DNA of 64,000 nucleotides from an uncultured Bdellovibrionales bacterium (GCA_964612055.1 CAZTBI010000001.1:292824-356823); one strand, 5' to 3'; counted from the first letter of the stretch, positions 28,406-37,815 are shown. Translations and numbers: made by a program. Notes: generated from the sequence alone by a model not told the origin.

Positions 28406-30085
28406 TTACGGTCTTGGCTGGTGAGGGCGATCGAGGGGAAGCTTGATAATAAATGTCGCCCCTTTCCCTGGCCCTTCTGACTCAACCGCAAGCAACCCTC
28501 CGTGAGCTTCAACGAAATTCTTACCAACATACAGGCCGAGTCCAGTACCAGAAACATCCAATTTCATGGTTTCTGAACTTCGGGTAAATTTTTCAAAGAC
28601 GCGCTTCGTATCACTCGGGTCAACGCCGATACCAGTATCTTTCACCTTAATAATCACGTGGCTCTCCTCTTTTTCAACGCTCACCGTTACTCCACCATCC
28701 TTGGTATACTTGATAGCATTATCGATGAGATTTGAGATCACTTCACGTATCTTGTTCACATCAAGGAAAAGCTTTGGCAAGGATCGTCCTGGTAGCTTGA
28801 TCTTGAGTGTCAGTTTCTTATCTTTGGCCATAAGAGCGAACATATCAACGATATCCGCTACCATTGGCTCAAGTTGTGTTTCGATAAAGTTGTATTGCAC
28901 CCGTCCTGATTCAATACGCGATACACTGAGCAAATCTTCGACTAATTGTGACATGCGATTGTTCACCATGTACACCTTGTTCAATACATCCTGTACCGAA
29001 GGGATTACTTTTCCATACGAGCCCTCAAGTACCAGTGAAATATAGCCCTTAATGGCTGTAATAGGCGTACGGAGCTGATGAGATGCAATAGAAATAAACT
29101 CGCTCTTAGCCGCATCAAGCCGTTTCAATTCTTGGTTGGCTGATGCTAATCGCGTTGAAAGTTCCAAAAGCTCCTCTTTACGCTTCACTTCTTTCTTGAC
29201 GGCAAAAACCAGGAAGGTTCCAAAGACGATAGTCAGCGCAAATGTTACCGAGGTCAGCGCAAGGTTGGTCGTTGTTTTTGAAAAGAATACCTGTGAGCCG
29301 CTCAGTACAACAAGCGTTCCAACCAACACCTGCGTACTAATAACTTTGATATCAAAGGTCTGGAAACGAACAATGCTGTAAGCAAAAAAGATTGAAAGGA
29401 TGATCATACCAAAGAGCCCGATGGCACCGATAGTCCAATCATCCGTAATAGAACCATACACATTACCCCCGGTAAATGAGAGAAGAAACAATACTACGCC
29501 CGAGGTGATATAGACCATCTCCCGACGATTTTCATTGGCCACTGCCTTACGATGGTAGATGATGCCGAAAAGCGTTATCCAGATAATAAAGATGGTTTCA
29601 ATGAGGTAAGAATAGTACGAAAAGAATACCTCATTTGGCAGACAAGCCCCTTGATCAAACCCAGAGAGGGTCAGTGTCGTTGGAACCAAGAAGAATTGTG
29701 GAAGAAAAATGACCGCGGCCATCAACTTGTAACGAAAAGGCATATCCTTGCCTGTAGAGAGCACGTAGACAAGGTAAAGCATGCACATATGCACCACCGG
29801 CTCGATAAAAACAAGCATGCTCCAGACAAACATGATGACATCGCTCCTATTAGCAGCCCAAAAGACCGAATCGAGAAATACCCACGTCCCGAAAGAAATC
29901 ATGGCAAGGAAAAAAGCGCGGTTTTGAAAACTTTTTACCCCATTACGCAGAACAAAAAAACCAAGAAAGAAAGCGATAATAAAAATAGGAATATGCGAGA
30001 CATACACCAGACTCGGAATCTCATTGAACAGCAAAAACTTTGGGGCCTCAAAGTCACAGGTGACCGCTGGTAGGAAAAAATCCAT
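28406..30085 (-). CDS. Sensor histidine kinase with N-terminal 7-TM sensing domain
   Basis: About 7 TM helices. H-box SHQLRTP. HATPase_c N/G1/G2 boxes (NLIDNAIKYT, DTGIGV, GTGLGL). Confidence 0.85.
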   Translation of the reverse strand: MDFFLPAVTCDFEAPKFLLFNEIPSLVYVSHIPIFIIAFFLGFFVLRNGVKSFQNRAFFLAMISFGTWVFLDSVFWAANRSDVIMFVWSMLVFIEPVVHMCMLYLVYVLSTGKDMPFRYKLMAAVIFLPQFFLVPTTLTLSGFDQGACLPNEVFFSYYSYLIETIFIIWITLFGIIYHRKAVANENRREMVYITSGVVLFLLSFTGGNVYGSITDDWTIGAIGLFGMIILSIFFAYSIVRFQTFDIKVISTQVLVGTLVVLSGSQVFFSKTTTNLALTSVTFALTIVFGTFLVFAVKKEVKRKEELLELSTRLASANQELKRLDAAKSEFISIASHQLRTPITAIKGYISLVLEGSYGKVIPSVQDVLNKVYMVNNRMSQLVEDLLSVSRIESGRVQYNFIETQLEPMVADIVDMFALMAKDKKLTLKIKLPGRSLPKLFLDVNKIREVISNLIDNAIKYTKDGGVTVSVEKEESHVIIKVKDTGIGVDPSDTKRVFEKFTRSSETMKLDVSGTGLGLYVGKNFVEAHGGLLAVESEGPGKGATFIIKLPLDRPHQPRP

Positions 30086-30117
30086 AAGTCAAAAAGATTA
30101 CTTCAAGATAAAAACTA

Positions 30118-31152
30118 TCAAAAATAGATTTTTCTTCCGAAAACAAAAACCATGCCATCATAGCCGTGATCATCCTGATCACTCCCTTGTAACACTTGCA
30201 TATCTTCTATTACTATACCATGTTCTTCGAGAAATTTCTTGATCCTTTGCTCATTTACAGAGACCGCGGCCACTTTTTTCGAACCAACTCTGTACCAAGA
30301 AGCATTTCGAATGGCTGTCATAATAAAATAACCACCTGGACGAAGCTTTTCGACAAGATGCAGCACCCCTCTTTCCCACTGTGCCAAATTATCCGTAGCA
30401 GACTCTATAAGAAAGTGTGCCGACACGACATCGGGCAATCCATCTTTTGTAACCTCCCAGAGGATGCTCGATAACGCTTTACTTCCATCGAGTTCCAAAG
30501 AAGGAGAAAAAACATCGCAAGAAACAACGTGACGCCTCAAAACCTCTACCAAACGGCGATCTAGGACCTCGTTATCTGGAGAAAAGAGTATCTTTCTTAT
30601 CTGATCAGCGCATTCTCGAATAGAAACATCACTGCTTTTCCCCTGAGAATCAAGAGTCTCCTGATAAGACTGATCTTCACGAAGCATTCGTCGCACAACA
30701 GAAAAGTAACCTCCCCAAAGGTAAGTCTCTTCATCATGATCAAGATATTTTTGCACCTCCACCCTGTTCTCCTCTCTAAACTCTGCGTGCACGATAGCGG
30801 AAACGTTGAGACAGAGCGGGATATGCTGATAAATGGTCGGCCCACCACCGACATCAAGAAGTACGGCCTCACCTCGAGGGAAAGCCAGGAGAAGTCGGCA
30901 AGATACCTTTCTGAGAAAATTGAAAATAGCAGCATTCTCTATCTCTTCATCGGAAAGCCCAGTCTCTAGAGAAATGGCCTCCGTATCAAAGACTCCGCCA
31001 TGCGCCACCATCCCCTTCTCCACAGATTCGATCACTGACAAAAGCTGTTCTTGATTAAAATCAATCGGGTAATAGGTCTTCAAATATTCACGAGCAGAAA
31101 AAACCTCTGATAACGACGACATAACGTATCTTCCTGTAAGAGATGAAATCAT
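30118..31152 (-). CDS. NNMT/PNMT/TEMT-family (PF01234-like) SAM-dependent N-methyltransferase-like protein
   Basis: YLKTYYP...LLDVGGGPTIYQ...LRPGGYFIMT parallels the NNMT family signatures YLEKYY / LIDIGSGPTIYQ / LKPGGFLVIM. Confidence 0.55.
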   Translation of the reverse strand: MISSLTGRYVMSSLSEVFSAREYLKTYYPIDFNQEQLLSVIESVEKGMVAHGGVFDTEAISLETGLSDEEIENAAIFNFLRKVSCRLLLAFPRGEAVLLDVGGGPTIYQHIPLCLNVSAIVHAEFREENRVEVQKYLDHDEETYLWGGYFSVVRRMLREDQSYQETLDSQGKSSDVSIRECADQIRKILFSPDNEVLDRRLVEVLRRHVVSCDVFSPSLELDGSKALSSILWEVTKDGLPDVVSAHFLIESATDNLAQWERGVLHLVEKLRPGGYFIMTAIRNASWYRVGSKKVAAVSVNEQRIKKFLEEHGIVIEDMQVLQGSDQDDHGYDGMVFVFGRKIYF

Positions 31153-31382
31153 TCGGTGGGACTATCGATATTCTCCGCCTCACTACCCTCAACAGTCTCT
31201 ACGTCGGTTATTGACTCACTATCAAGAAGAACTTCTTCTTCGACGGGTTCGCTTATAACCACTTCGAAATCACGAAAAATCAGGTAGCGAGCAAAAGAAA
31301 ACATAACCGTCCCGGCAAAAAGAAAGAAAAAAATATACAGAAGAATTCTTGATTTCCTATCCATACTGTTATTGTACATCAA
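31149..31382 (-). CDS. Small single-pass membrane protein with acidic C-terminal tail
   Basis: 77 aa. One TM (ILLYIFFFLFAGTVMF) followed by an E/D-rich tail. A 4-nt overlap with the downstream gene suggests translational coupling. Confidence 0.45.
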   Translation of the reverse strand: MMYNNSMDRKSRILLYIFFFLFAGTVMFSFARYLIFRDFEVVISEPVEEEVLLDSESITDVETVEGSEAENIDSPTE

Positions 31383-31399
31383 TTTTTAGAGAGAGCAAT

Positions 31400-31996
31400 C
31401 TAAAGCGTTTTCAACGGAGCGCCCTTCTTATTTCTCAGGAAAAGCAGGGCCGTGACTAATCCATTCACAAGAAACATATACACCGGGTAAAACCCGATGA
31501 CAAACGTCCAGCTACTCACTGCCAAAATATTGAGAAAATTCGAAAGAGAGGTTACTGACCAAGCAGTTCTGTCCTCGCTTTTGGGATCGAGATAAGCTTT
31601 CTTGATTGTTGGAAGAAGACCAAAAAAATCTATCAAGATACTTGCAAACAGAGTCACTGTCGAAGAGTGGGAAATTTTCCAAAATACGATACTCACAAAA
31701 CAAGCGAAGAGGCAGAAACGATCAAAAGGTGTCCAGCCGCCCTCACCATATTTTAGAGAAAGAAGAAAGGCTATGAATGGACCAATAGCGTAGCTGAGCG
31801 GCACCCAAAGCGTTTCCCGGGCGCCGGAAGCGTAATAACTCATCACTATCATCACTCCCACAACGGTCAACACAAACCACGTCGCTCGATTCGGACGAGT
31901 TTTTCCATTCAAAATAGAGATATAGTAGAGAGCAAATGCCGAAAACTCGAGGAGGCCGGCTGAAAATCCTACTATTTGCTCAAAGGAGTATGGCAC
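31400..31996 (-). CDS. Polytopic (about 6 TM) membrane protein, unknown function
   Basis: 198 aa and hydrophobic throughout. Separated by only 10 nt from speH. Confidence 0.55.
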   Translation of the reverse strand: MPYSFEQIVGFSAGLLEFSAFALYYISILNGKTRPNRATWFVLTVVGVMIVMSYYASGARETLWVPLSYAIGPFIAFLLSLKYGEGGWTPFDRFCLFACFVSIVFWKISHSSTVTLFASILIDFFGLLPTIKKAYLDPKSEDRTAWSVTSLSNFLNILAVSSWTFVIGFYPVYMFLVNGLVTALLFLRNKKGAPLKTL

Positions 31997-32005
31997 AAAA
32001 GGTTA

Positions 32006-32395
32006 TCAAAGAGTATTTTTCTCTGGATACTTCTTCCCGCGTTCGATGAAATTTACTTCAGTATCTTTGAGGTCAAACTGTTGCACGAAATAGTTCACGA
32101 TATGATCCTGAGACAAGCCATTCTTGCAGGTATAGACATCGATACTGACAAAGCCACGACCTGGAAAAGTATGGATACTGATGTGACTCTCAGCGATTAC
32201 GACGAAACCACTCCAACCGCCTGGATCCTTCTTGCCATTACCCGCCGCAAAATACACTTCCGGACCGGCAAGAATATGCATATCAAGCATATCGGGCAAA
32301 TCCTTCAGACAATGCAACACCAGCTCTTTATTATTAAGCTTCTCGGCGTCTCCACCATACCCATCAAGCGTCAAATGTTCACCGAAGTGTCTCAT
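32006..32395 (-). CDS. speH: S-adenosylmethionine decarboxylase proenzyme, pyruvoyl-dependent (SpeH/SpeD small type)
   Basis: 129 aa. Self-cleavage signature ESHISIHTFP (Glu-Ser processing site). Typical length for SpeH. Confidence 0.85.
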   Translation of the reverse strand: MRHFGEHLTLDGYGGDAEKLNNKELVLHCLKDLPDMLDMHILAGPEVYFAAGNGKKDPGGWSGFVVIAESHISIHTFPGRGFVSIDVYTCKNGLSQDHIVNYFVQQFDLKDTEVNFIERGKKYPEKNTL

Positions 32396-32489
32396 AGTTC
32401 TCTTCTCAGAAAAAATTTATTCTTCTCTAACAGAAAAATGATACCATAAAAAAGACTTTTTAAAAAGGATCTTCGAGTGATGAGATACT

Positions 32490-32526
32490 CAAAAATAACA
32501 GAAGGGGCTCTCGCCCCTTCTGTTAT
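32490..32526 (-). terminator. Rho-independent terminator (bidirectional)
   Basis: AACAGAAGGGGC-TCTC-GCCCCTTCTGTT with flanking A/T tracts. Separates the acidic-protein gene from speH. Confidence 0.75.
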
Positions 32527-32548
32527 TCCTCGTTCACGTTCTCTCAAT

Positions 32549-33970
32549 TTAGAAGAGATTGAAGAACCAACCGAAGGCACTGAGACGATCACGCTGACCG
32601 TTTACAAAGACCTCCAACTTCGAAGTTTGTTCCTGCAACACTGCTACCTGTTCCAGAATGATAGCTTTCACATCCTGATCTTCGATAGATTGAGCAGCCT
32701 GGAGTAACGCCTCCGAACGAGCCTTGTTGGCTGTAATCTGGCTTTCCAAATCACTCAAATCACTTTCACTGGCTCCGAAAAGCGTCTGAAGAACGGGATT
32801 GCGCTTATCAACATCACTGACGGATTCGCCAACCTTCCTGGCGGCATCCTTGTGGTCCTCAGCAATCTGACGGATAGCCTCTCCAACACTGTCGTCCTCT
32901 ATATCAGCTACGTCCTTCAGGTGTTCAGCGACATCATCTGCCTCGTTCTCATAATCATCGTCAAACTGACTATCGGTACCACCCAAGGCGTAAATAGCCG
33001 ATTCCGCGGAGCTCTTGATTCTCTTCACTCGTCGTTCTAGAGCCTCCAAAGTCTCGCTCATAGTTTCTGAATCATACCCTCCAGAAGCGATCGTGGCCTT
33101 GAGAGTAGCTAGCTCTGCCTCTAAAGAAGCGAGGGATGAACGGAAGGCGCTTCCGTCACCACCGACTGCTTCAAGAAGAACGATCTTACCATAGGTCTGG
33201 GTAATCCGCTTGGAAACCTTGGCTACGTCTTCCGCCACTTCCTTGGCATCATGGAGATCCTTTTCACTCGCAAATTGAGCCAGCTTTCGGACTTCCTTAC
33301 TCAGATCCTTCGCTTTCTCCAAATCACTCGCATCGAAAGCGCTTCCCACAGAAGTCAGAGCCGCCTTAGCTAAAGCCAAACGTGCCAAAGCCGCTGTCGC
33401 ATCGACACCCTCAGCTTGCTTTTCCAAAATTTCCTTCTCCGCCTTGTCCACTTCTTCTGTCAACTTTGAAAGAGTCTGATCGCGATCGCGATACATGCCA
33501 TTGTCATCACTTTCATCTTCACCAAGGCCATCTTTAGAGTCATCCTCTGTCTCATTCTCTACTTCATTTTCTTCCTCTTTCACATCATTGTCATCATCCT
33601 GCTCGGCAGCCTTTTTGACAGCTTCGCGCTCTTGCTCAGCCCGCTTCTTTGCTGCTTCAGCAGCTCTCTTTTCGGACTCAGATTGACCATCGTCATCCTT
33701 ATCCTCGTCATTATCATTGTCTTCATCCTCACTCTCATCCTTATCCTCGTCCTTATCTTCATCCTCGTTGTCATCACCACCATCATCTTCACCATCTTTG
33801 GCCAAAGAAACCGGCACAAGGGATGGATTATTATGCGACACGATAGCCGCCATCCCCATGAATCCCCCGAAAGAAAGCACCGCTACCAAGAGGGCTGGTA
33901 GGACACCTATTTTCTTATCCCACACTTTCATACTCTTTTTATTTTTGGCCAGTGACGAATTATGAAACAC
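32549..33970 (-). CDS. Membrane-anchored, highly acidic coiled-coil protein (low-complexity D/E/K-rich; DUF-type common in Patescibacteria)
   Basis: 473 aa. N-terminal TM (IGVLPALLVAVLSFGGFMGMAAIV). Long DEDKDE repeats followed by alanine/glutamate-rich helical regions. An alternative start is at 33931. Confidence 0.6.
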   Translation of the reverse strand: MFHNSSLAKNKKSMKVWDKKIGVLPALLVAVLSFGGFMGMAAIVSHNNPSLVPVSLAKDGEDDGGDDNEDEDKDEDKDESEDEDNDNDEDKDDDGQSESEKRAAEAAKKRAEQEREAVKKAAEQDDDNDVKEEENEVENETEDDSKDGLGEDESDDNGMYRDRDQTLSKLTEEVDKAEKEILEKQAEGVDATAALARLALAKAALTSVGSAFDASDLEKAKDLSKEVRKLAQFASEKDLHDAKEVAEDVAKVSKRITQTYGKIVLLEAVGGDGSAFRSSLASLEAELATLKATIASGGYDSETMSETLEALERRVKRIKSSAESAIYALGGTDSQFDDDYENEADDVAEHLKDVADIEDDSVGEAIRQIAEDHKDAARKVGESVSDVDKRNPVLQTLFGASESDLSDLESQITANKARSEALLQAAQSIEDQDVKAIILEQVAVLQEQTSKLEVFVNGQRDRLSAFGWFFNLF

Positions 33971-34049
33971 ACTGGCTTCTTCTTATCTATACGTTTAGTA
34001 TAGCAAAAAGTTTTCAAAAAAGAAGAGACCTTATGTCAATCCAGGATTT

Positions 34050-34700
34050 TTACTCACCAGAAGCAGCGCTCTTAGCCTTTTCGACCAGAGACTTAAATTC
34101 TTCAATACTTCGAGGATTTTCCAACTTCTTCCCATTCAAGAAAAATGTCGGCGTACCGGTAATCTCAAGGCTATCGCCAGTTCCGCGATCATGGGTGATC
34201 TTGTCATCGATGGACGAATCAGCGATATCTTTTCGGAATTGTTCAACATCAATACCAATCCGAGTTGCATAGGAAGGAAAAATGCTCTTGGTTGGGTCTT
34301 CAGCGAGAGACCACTCACTTTGATTCGTAAACAAAAGATCGTACATCTCCCAAAACTTTCCCTGACGTCCAGCAGCTTCAGCAGCCCGAGCACTCGGAAG
34401 AGCATTCTTATGAATCTGAATCAACGGATAGTGACGAATAACCACTTTCACCTTATCACCAAGCTCCTCTGTCAGCTGCTTGATAAGCGGATAGTAAGCG
34501 CCACAAGCCGGACACTGAAAATCGGTATATTCTACCAGCGTCACCGGGGCATTTGCCTCTCCCTTTACCCAGTCTTTTTCTGTTACTTGAAGAAGATCGC
34601 TCTTCTCACTTGGCACCTCCGGGGCCGAAGCGAATTTCCAAATTCCAAAACCAACCAACGCGATAACCACTATCCCAACCAGCTTCATGATGCCACCCAT
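34050..34700 (-). CDS. DsbA-family thiol:disulfide oxidoreductase (membrane-anchored)
   Basis: N-terminal TM. Thioredoxin-fold CPAC active site (FQCPACGAYY). Confidence 0.85.
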   Translation of the reverse strand: MGGIMKLVGIVVIALVGFGIWKFASAPEVPSEKSDLLQVTEKDWVKGEANAPVTLVEYTDFQCPACGAYYPLIKQLTEELGDKVKVVIRHYPLIQIHKNALPSARAAEAAGRQGKFWEMYDLLFTNQSEWSLAEDPTKSIFPSYATRIGIDVEQFRKDIADSSIDDKITHDRGTGDSLEITGTPTFFLNGKKLENPRSIEEFKSLVEKAKSAASGE

Positions 34701-34785
34701 AATTTTTCTTTCAGACAGATTATAATTTCCCCTCTATCATACCTTTTTTGACTTTCCATTGGCAAGCCAAAGGACAAAAATTCCC

Positions 34786-35937
34786 TTACAGAGAGCCAAA
34801 AAGAGATCGGGTTACTGCAGCTGTTTTTTGCCAAGAAAACTTCTTGGCCTGAACCAGCCCCTGCTCAGAAAGCGTCTCCGAAAATTCATGGTCAGTCAGG
34901 ACGGATTGGAGCGCTCGGTACAATTCGTCTGGCTGATACGGATCGATTGCGATACCAGCTGTCCCGACGACCTCTGGTACTGCCGAAGAATGGGAAGTGA
35001 TCACCGGTACCCCAGAAGCCATGGCCTCAAGCGGCGGAAAGCCGAAACCTTCGTAGAGCGACGGATAGACAAAGACGCTGGCCAGATTATAAAGCGCCAC
35101 CTTGTCTTGATCAGCGATGAATCCTGGTAACAATATCTTGTCTCTGTGACGTGACTGCTCGCGAGCCAAAAAGATATCATCACACTTCCAGCCCGGTGTT
35201 CCGGCGAGTACCAAATCATACTTCTCCAAAAGCGGATTCTGAGAATCACGCAACGCGCTGTACCCCTGAATCAGCGCGGTGATATTTTTACGCGGCTCAA
35301 AAGTCCCAAGATACAGAATAAACTTATACGGCAGGTGGTATTTTTCTTTGACCCGAAGGAGCTCGGGATCATTACGATCCATCTTCTGAAAGCGTTCATC
35401 AATACCGCTTGGTATTACGGTAATTTTTTCCTCCGGTATATGATACAGCGTCGCCAAGTCATCCTTGGTTGATTGCGAGACCGCAATGATTCGATCCGCT
35501 CGCCGTACAAGGCCCCGGAAATTGACCAGAAAGTGCCAAAAGCGCTGCTTCCACGAAAATGTCTCCGGAAAAAGCTCAAACGAGAGATCATGTGTCGTCA
35601 CGACGAGTTTCGTCTCTTTTGAAACAGCAGCAAAATTCAGGTTAGGCAGAAAGAAAACATCCGTACCGCCGACGAGAAGATCAAGCTTCGGAAAACCAAA
35701 GTACCAAAGAGAGAGATTAAGAAGCTTGTTCGGGAATCGAAAAACCTTCAAGCTGACATGGCGATATTGGGAAAGCCAGGTGAAATCAGGCACTTCCTTT
35801 CTCCAGGCATTGAAAAAAAGCACGTACTCATTTTCTTGGTCGCTTTCAAAAAGCTCTTCCAAAAGAGCCAGCGTGTATTCTTCGACTCCTGTGCGCTTCC
35901 CCTCCGCAAGACACCGTATATCTATCCCTATGCGCAT
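34786..35937 (-). CDS. Glycosyltransferase family 4
   Basis: Start moved to ATG 35937 (MRIGIDIRCL...) to avoid a 40-nt overlap. C-terminal GT4 signature EGFGFPPLEAMASGVPVI. Confidence 0.85.
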   Translation of the reverse strand: MRIGIDIRCLAEGKRTGVEEYTLALLEELFESDQENEYVLFFNAWRKEVPDFTWLSQYRHVSLKVFRFPNKLLNLSLWYFGFPKLDLLVGGTDVFFLPNLNFAAVSKETKLVVTTHDLSFELFPETFSWKQRFWHFLVNFRGLVRRADRIIAVSQSTKDDLATLYHIPEEKITVIPSGIDERFQKMDRNDPELLRVKEKYHLPYKFILYLGTFEPRKNITALIQGYSALRDSQNPLLEKYDLVLAGTPGWKCDDIFLAREQSRHRDKILLPGFIADQDKVALYNLASVFVYPSLYEGFGFPPLEAMASGVPVITSHSSAVPEVVGTAGIAIDPYQPDELYRALQSVLTDHEFSETLSEQGLVQAKKFSWQKTAAVTRSLFGSL

Positions 35938-35942
35938 CGCCG

Positions 35943-36554
35943 TTACGTTCGTGAAAAATAATGTCTCAGCAAGACTCCCCAAAACCCGATAAATGCTCCC
36001 ACGGCCAACCCAACCATCACAGCCAGATTGAGACTCACTCGACCGTCGCGAATAACCGGGTCACTTCCGATAACCACAAACCATCCTTTTTCCTTCTCTT
36101 CTGTATTCAGCGTTCCCGCATAACGATTGACTACTGTAACAGCCGCCGACGCTAAACGCTCCAAAACTTCCTTATTTTCACCGGCATATTTCACCGTGAT
36201 GACCTGCGAAGAAAGCCGTCCCGCTCCAAAAACTGAACTCAAATCTCGTATACCTAGAGTTTCTGGATTGAGACGTGCTTCACGGTAAATATCTTCAACA
36301 ACACGTGGCGTCGAGAGCCAGCGCACAACAGTATCAGCAAAACGCTCATCAGCCTGCAAACGGTAGAAACTGTCATAGCTATACTCTGCCGTCTCACTCA
36401 CGCCCGCTCTTCCGATATTTATGAGCAGCGTTGCCTCATACTTCACTGACTGCTCTTTTTGCCATACCCACGCCACAAAAATACAGGCAATGATCGCGCC
36501 TATAACAAAGGTTTTTTGCTTCTGAAAAACAGCGATGCATTCTCGTAATTCCAT
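35943..36554 (-). CDS. Polysaccharide co-polymerase (Wzz/CapA-like), second copy
   Basis: 203 aa. TM1 (FVIGAIIACIFVAWVW) and TM2 (LAVMVGLAVGAFIGFWGVLL) flank a soluble domain. Confidence 0.6.
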   Translation of the reverse strand: MELRECIAVFQKQKTFVIGAIIACIFVAWVWQKEQSVKYEATLLINIGRAGVSETAEYSYDSFYRLQADERFADTVVRWLSTPRVVEDIYREARLNPETLGIRDLSSVFGAGRLSSQVITVKYAGENKEVLERLASAAVTVVNRYAGTLNTEEKEKGWFVVIGSDPVIRDGRVSLNLAVMVGLAVGAFIGFWGVLLRHYFSRT

Positions 36555-36581
36555 ACTCTCTCACCATTCCAAACAAACGAA

Positions 36582-37730
36582 TTATCTCCTCCTTTGCAGG
36601 TGCTCCGCGAGAGCACTCTCTACATAGTCCTTTATTGTAGCCTTAAACTGTTCTTTGTCAAAACGAAGCGCCTGGCTGCGAATATAGGTCGGATCATAGT
36701 TTTTTTCATCAAATCCCTCTACCGCTCGCACAATAGCTTCAGGTGTCTGCTCATCAAAATAGACTCCCATCTTCCCCTCTTGCATGTGCTCGGTAATATC
36801 CCCTCCTCGATAGGCAATCAGTGGCCGACCAGAGGCCATGGCCTCGATTGCGACAATACCAAAATCCTCTTCCTGAGGAAAAACAAAGCCGCGACATTCA
36901 GCATAGTATTTCGGTAAATCAGTTTCCGGAACTCGACCAAGAAATTCTATCGTTGGACCAGCGAGTTTCTTCAAGCGCTTCATTTCTGGGCCACGCCCAA
37001 TAATTTTCAGTGGGAGACCAAGACGATTGAAAGCCTCAATAGCAATATCATGACGCTTGTAAGCAATGAGACGGCCAACCATGAGAAAGTATTCTTTCCG
37101 TTCTTCTGACTTAGCAACAAAGAATTGATTGACATTCACTGGGGGATGAATGACAGAGGCTTCTTTGCGGTAGTACTTTTCAATACGCTTGGCTACAAAT
37201 CGCGAATTAGCCAAAAAACGATCCACTCGATCAGCACTCGCCTTGTCCCAGAGACGAATTGGACTCATAAAAAATGGCACCAATTTTTTCACCAGTGCTG
37301 GAAAACCGAAATCCTGAGCATACTTCTGACAATCATCCCACGCATAACGCATCGGCGTATGCATATAGCAAATATGGAGCGTTTCAGGCCGAGTGATGAT
37401 GCCCTTGGCATAACTCGATGAATCAGAAAGGACGATATCGTATTTGGTAAAATCAAACTCCTCAATAGCGAGTGGCATCAGTGGCGGGAAAAAACGATGT
37501 CGTTTCCGAGCAAAAGGAAGCTGCTGAAGAAAAGAGGTGTAGATGCGCTTGTCGGCAAACTGTCCGCGCATCGCCTCATCATCGTGGATCAAGGTATAAA
37601 TCGGGGCATAGGGAAAAAGCTCAGTGAAAGCCTCGAGCACCCGCTCTGCTCCCCCATACTGCACCAAATAGTCATGCACCAAAGCAATTTTCATCCCGTT
37701 AGAAGCAGGTCGCGTTCGCGTAATCTGCAA
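36582..37730 (-). CDS. Glycosyltransferase family 4
   Basis: 382 aa. EDFGIVAIEAMASGRPLIA GT4 signature. Confidence 0.85.
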   Translation of the reverse strand: MQITRTRPASNGMKIALVHDYLVQYGGAERVLEAFTELFPYAPIYTLIHDDEAMRGQFADKRIYTSFLQQLPFARKRHRFFPPLMPLAIEEFDFTKYDIVLSDSSSYAKGIITRPETLHICYMHTPMRYAWDDCQKYAQDFGFPALVKKLVPFFMSPIRLWDKASADRVDRFLANSRFVAKRIEKYYRKEASVIHPPVNVNQFFVAKSEERKEYFLMVGRLIAYKRHDIAIEAFNRLGLPLKIIGRGPEMKRLKKLAGPTIEFLGRVPETDLPKYYAECRGFVFPQEEDFGIVAIEAMASGRPLIAYRGGDITEHMQEGKMGVYFDEQTPEAIVRAVEGFDEKNYDPTYIRSQALRFDKEQFKATIKDYVESALAEHLQRRR

Positions 37731-37815
37731 GTAAATATATATGGATTCTTAAAATGGAACTCCTCGCTCAAGCCTTGATACTAAAAATGCGACCGCGGCT
37801 TCTAACGGGATTCAT
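37731..37815. promoter_or_regulatory. Long imperfect stem-loop (about 21-bp interrupted stem, about 40-nt loop) in the GT-metzincin intergenic region
   Basis: ATCCCGTTAGAAGC-AGGTCGCG...CGCGACC-GCGGCTTCTAACGGGAT. Two perfectly complementary arms. Confidence 0.5.

Noticed and set aside
33480-33820. Short tandem repeats (GAGGAT/GACAAG-type periodicity) that could be mistaken for a CRISPR or satellite array
   Set aside because: The periodicity is 3-9 nt and lies inside a continuous ORF encoding DEDKDE acidic repeats. There are no 25-40-nt direct repeats with unique spacers anywhere in the window.
35938-35982. Longer start for the GT4 gene creating a 40-nt overlap with the upstream Wzz-like gene
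   Set aside because: The internal ATG at 35937 gives the typical MRIGIDIR... GT4 N-terminus and removes the overlap.
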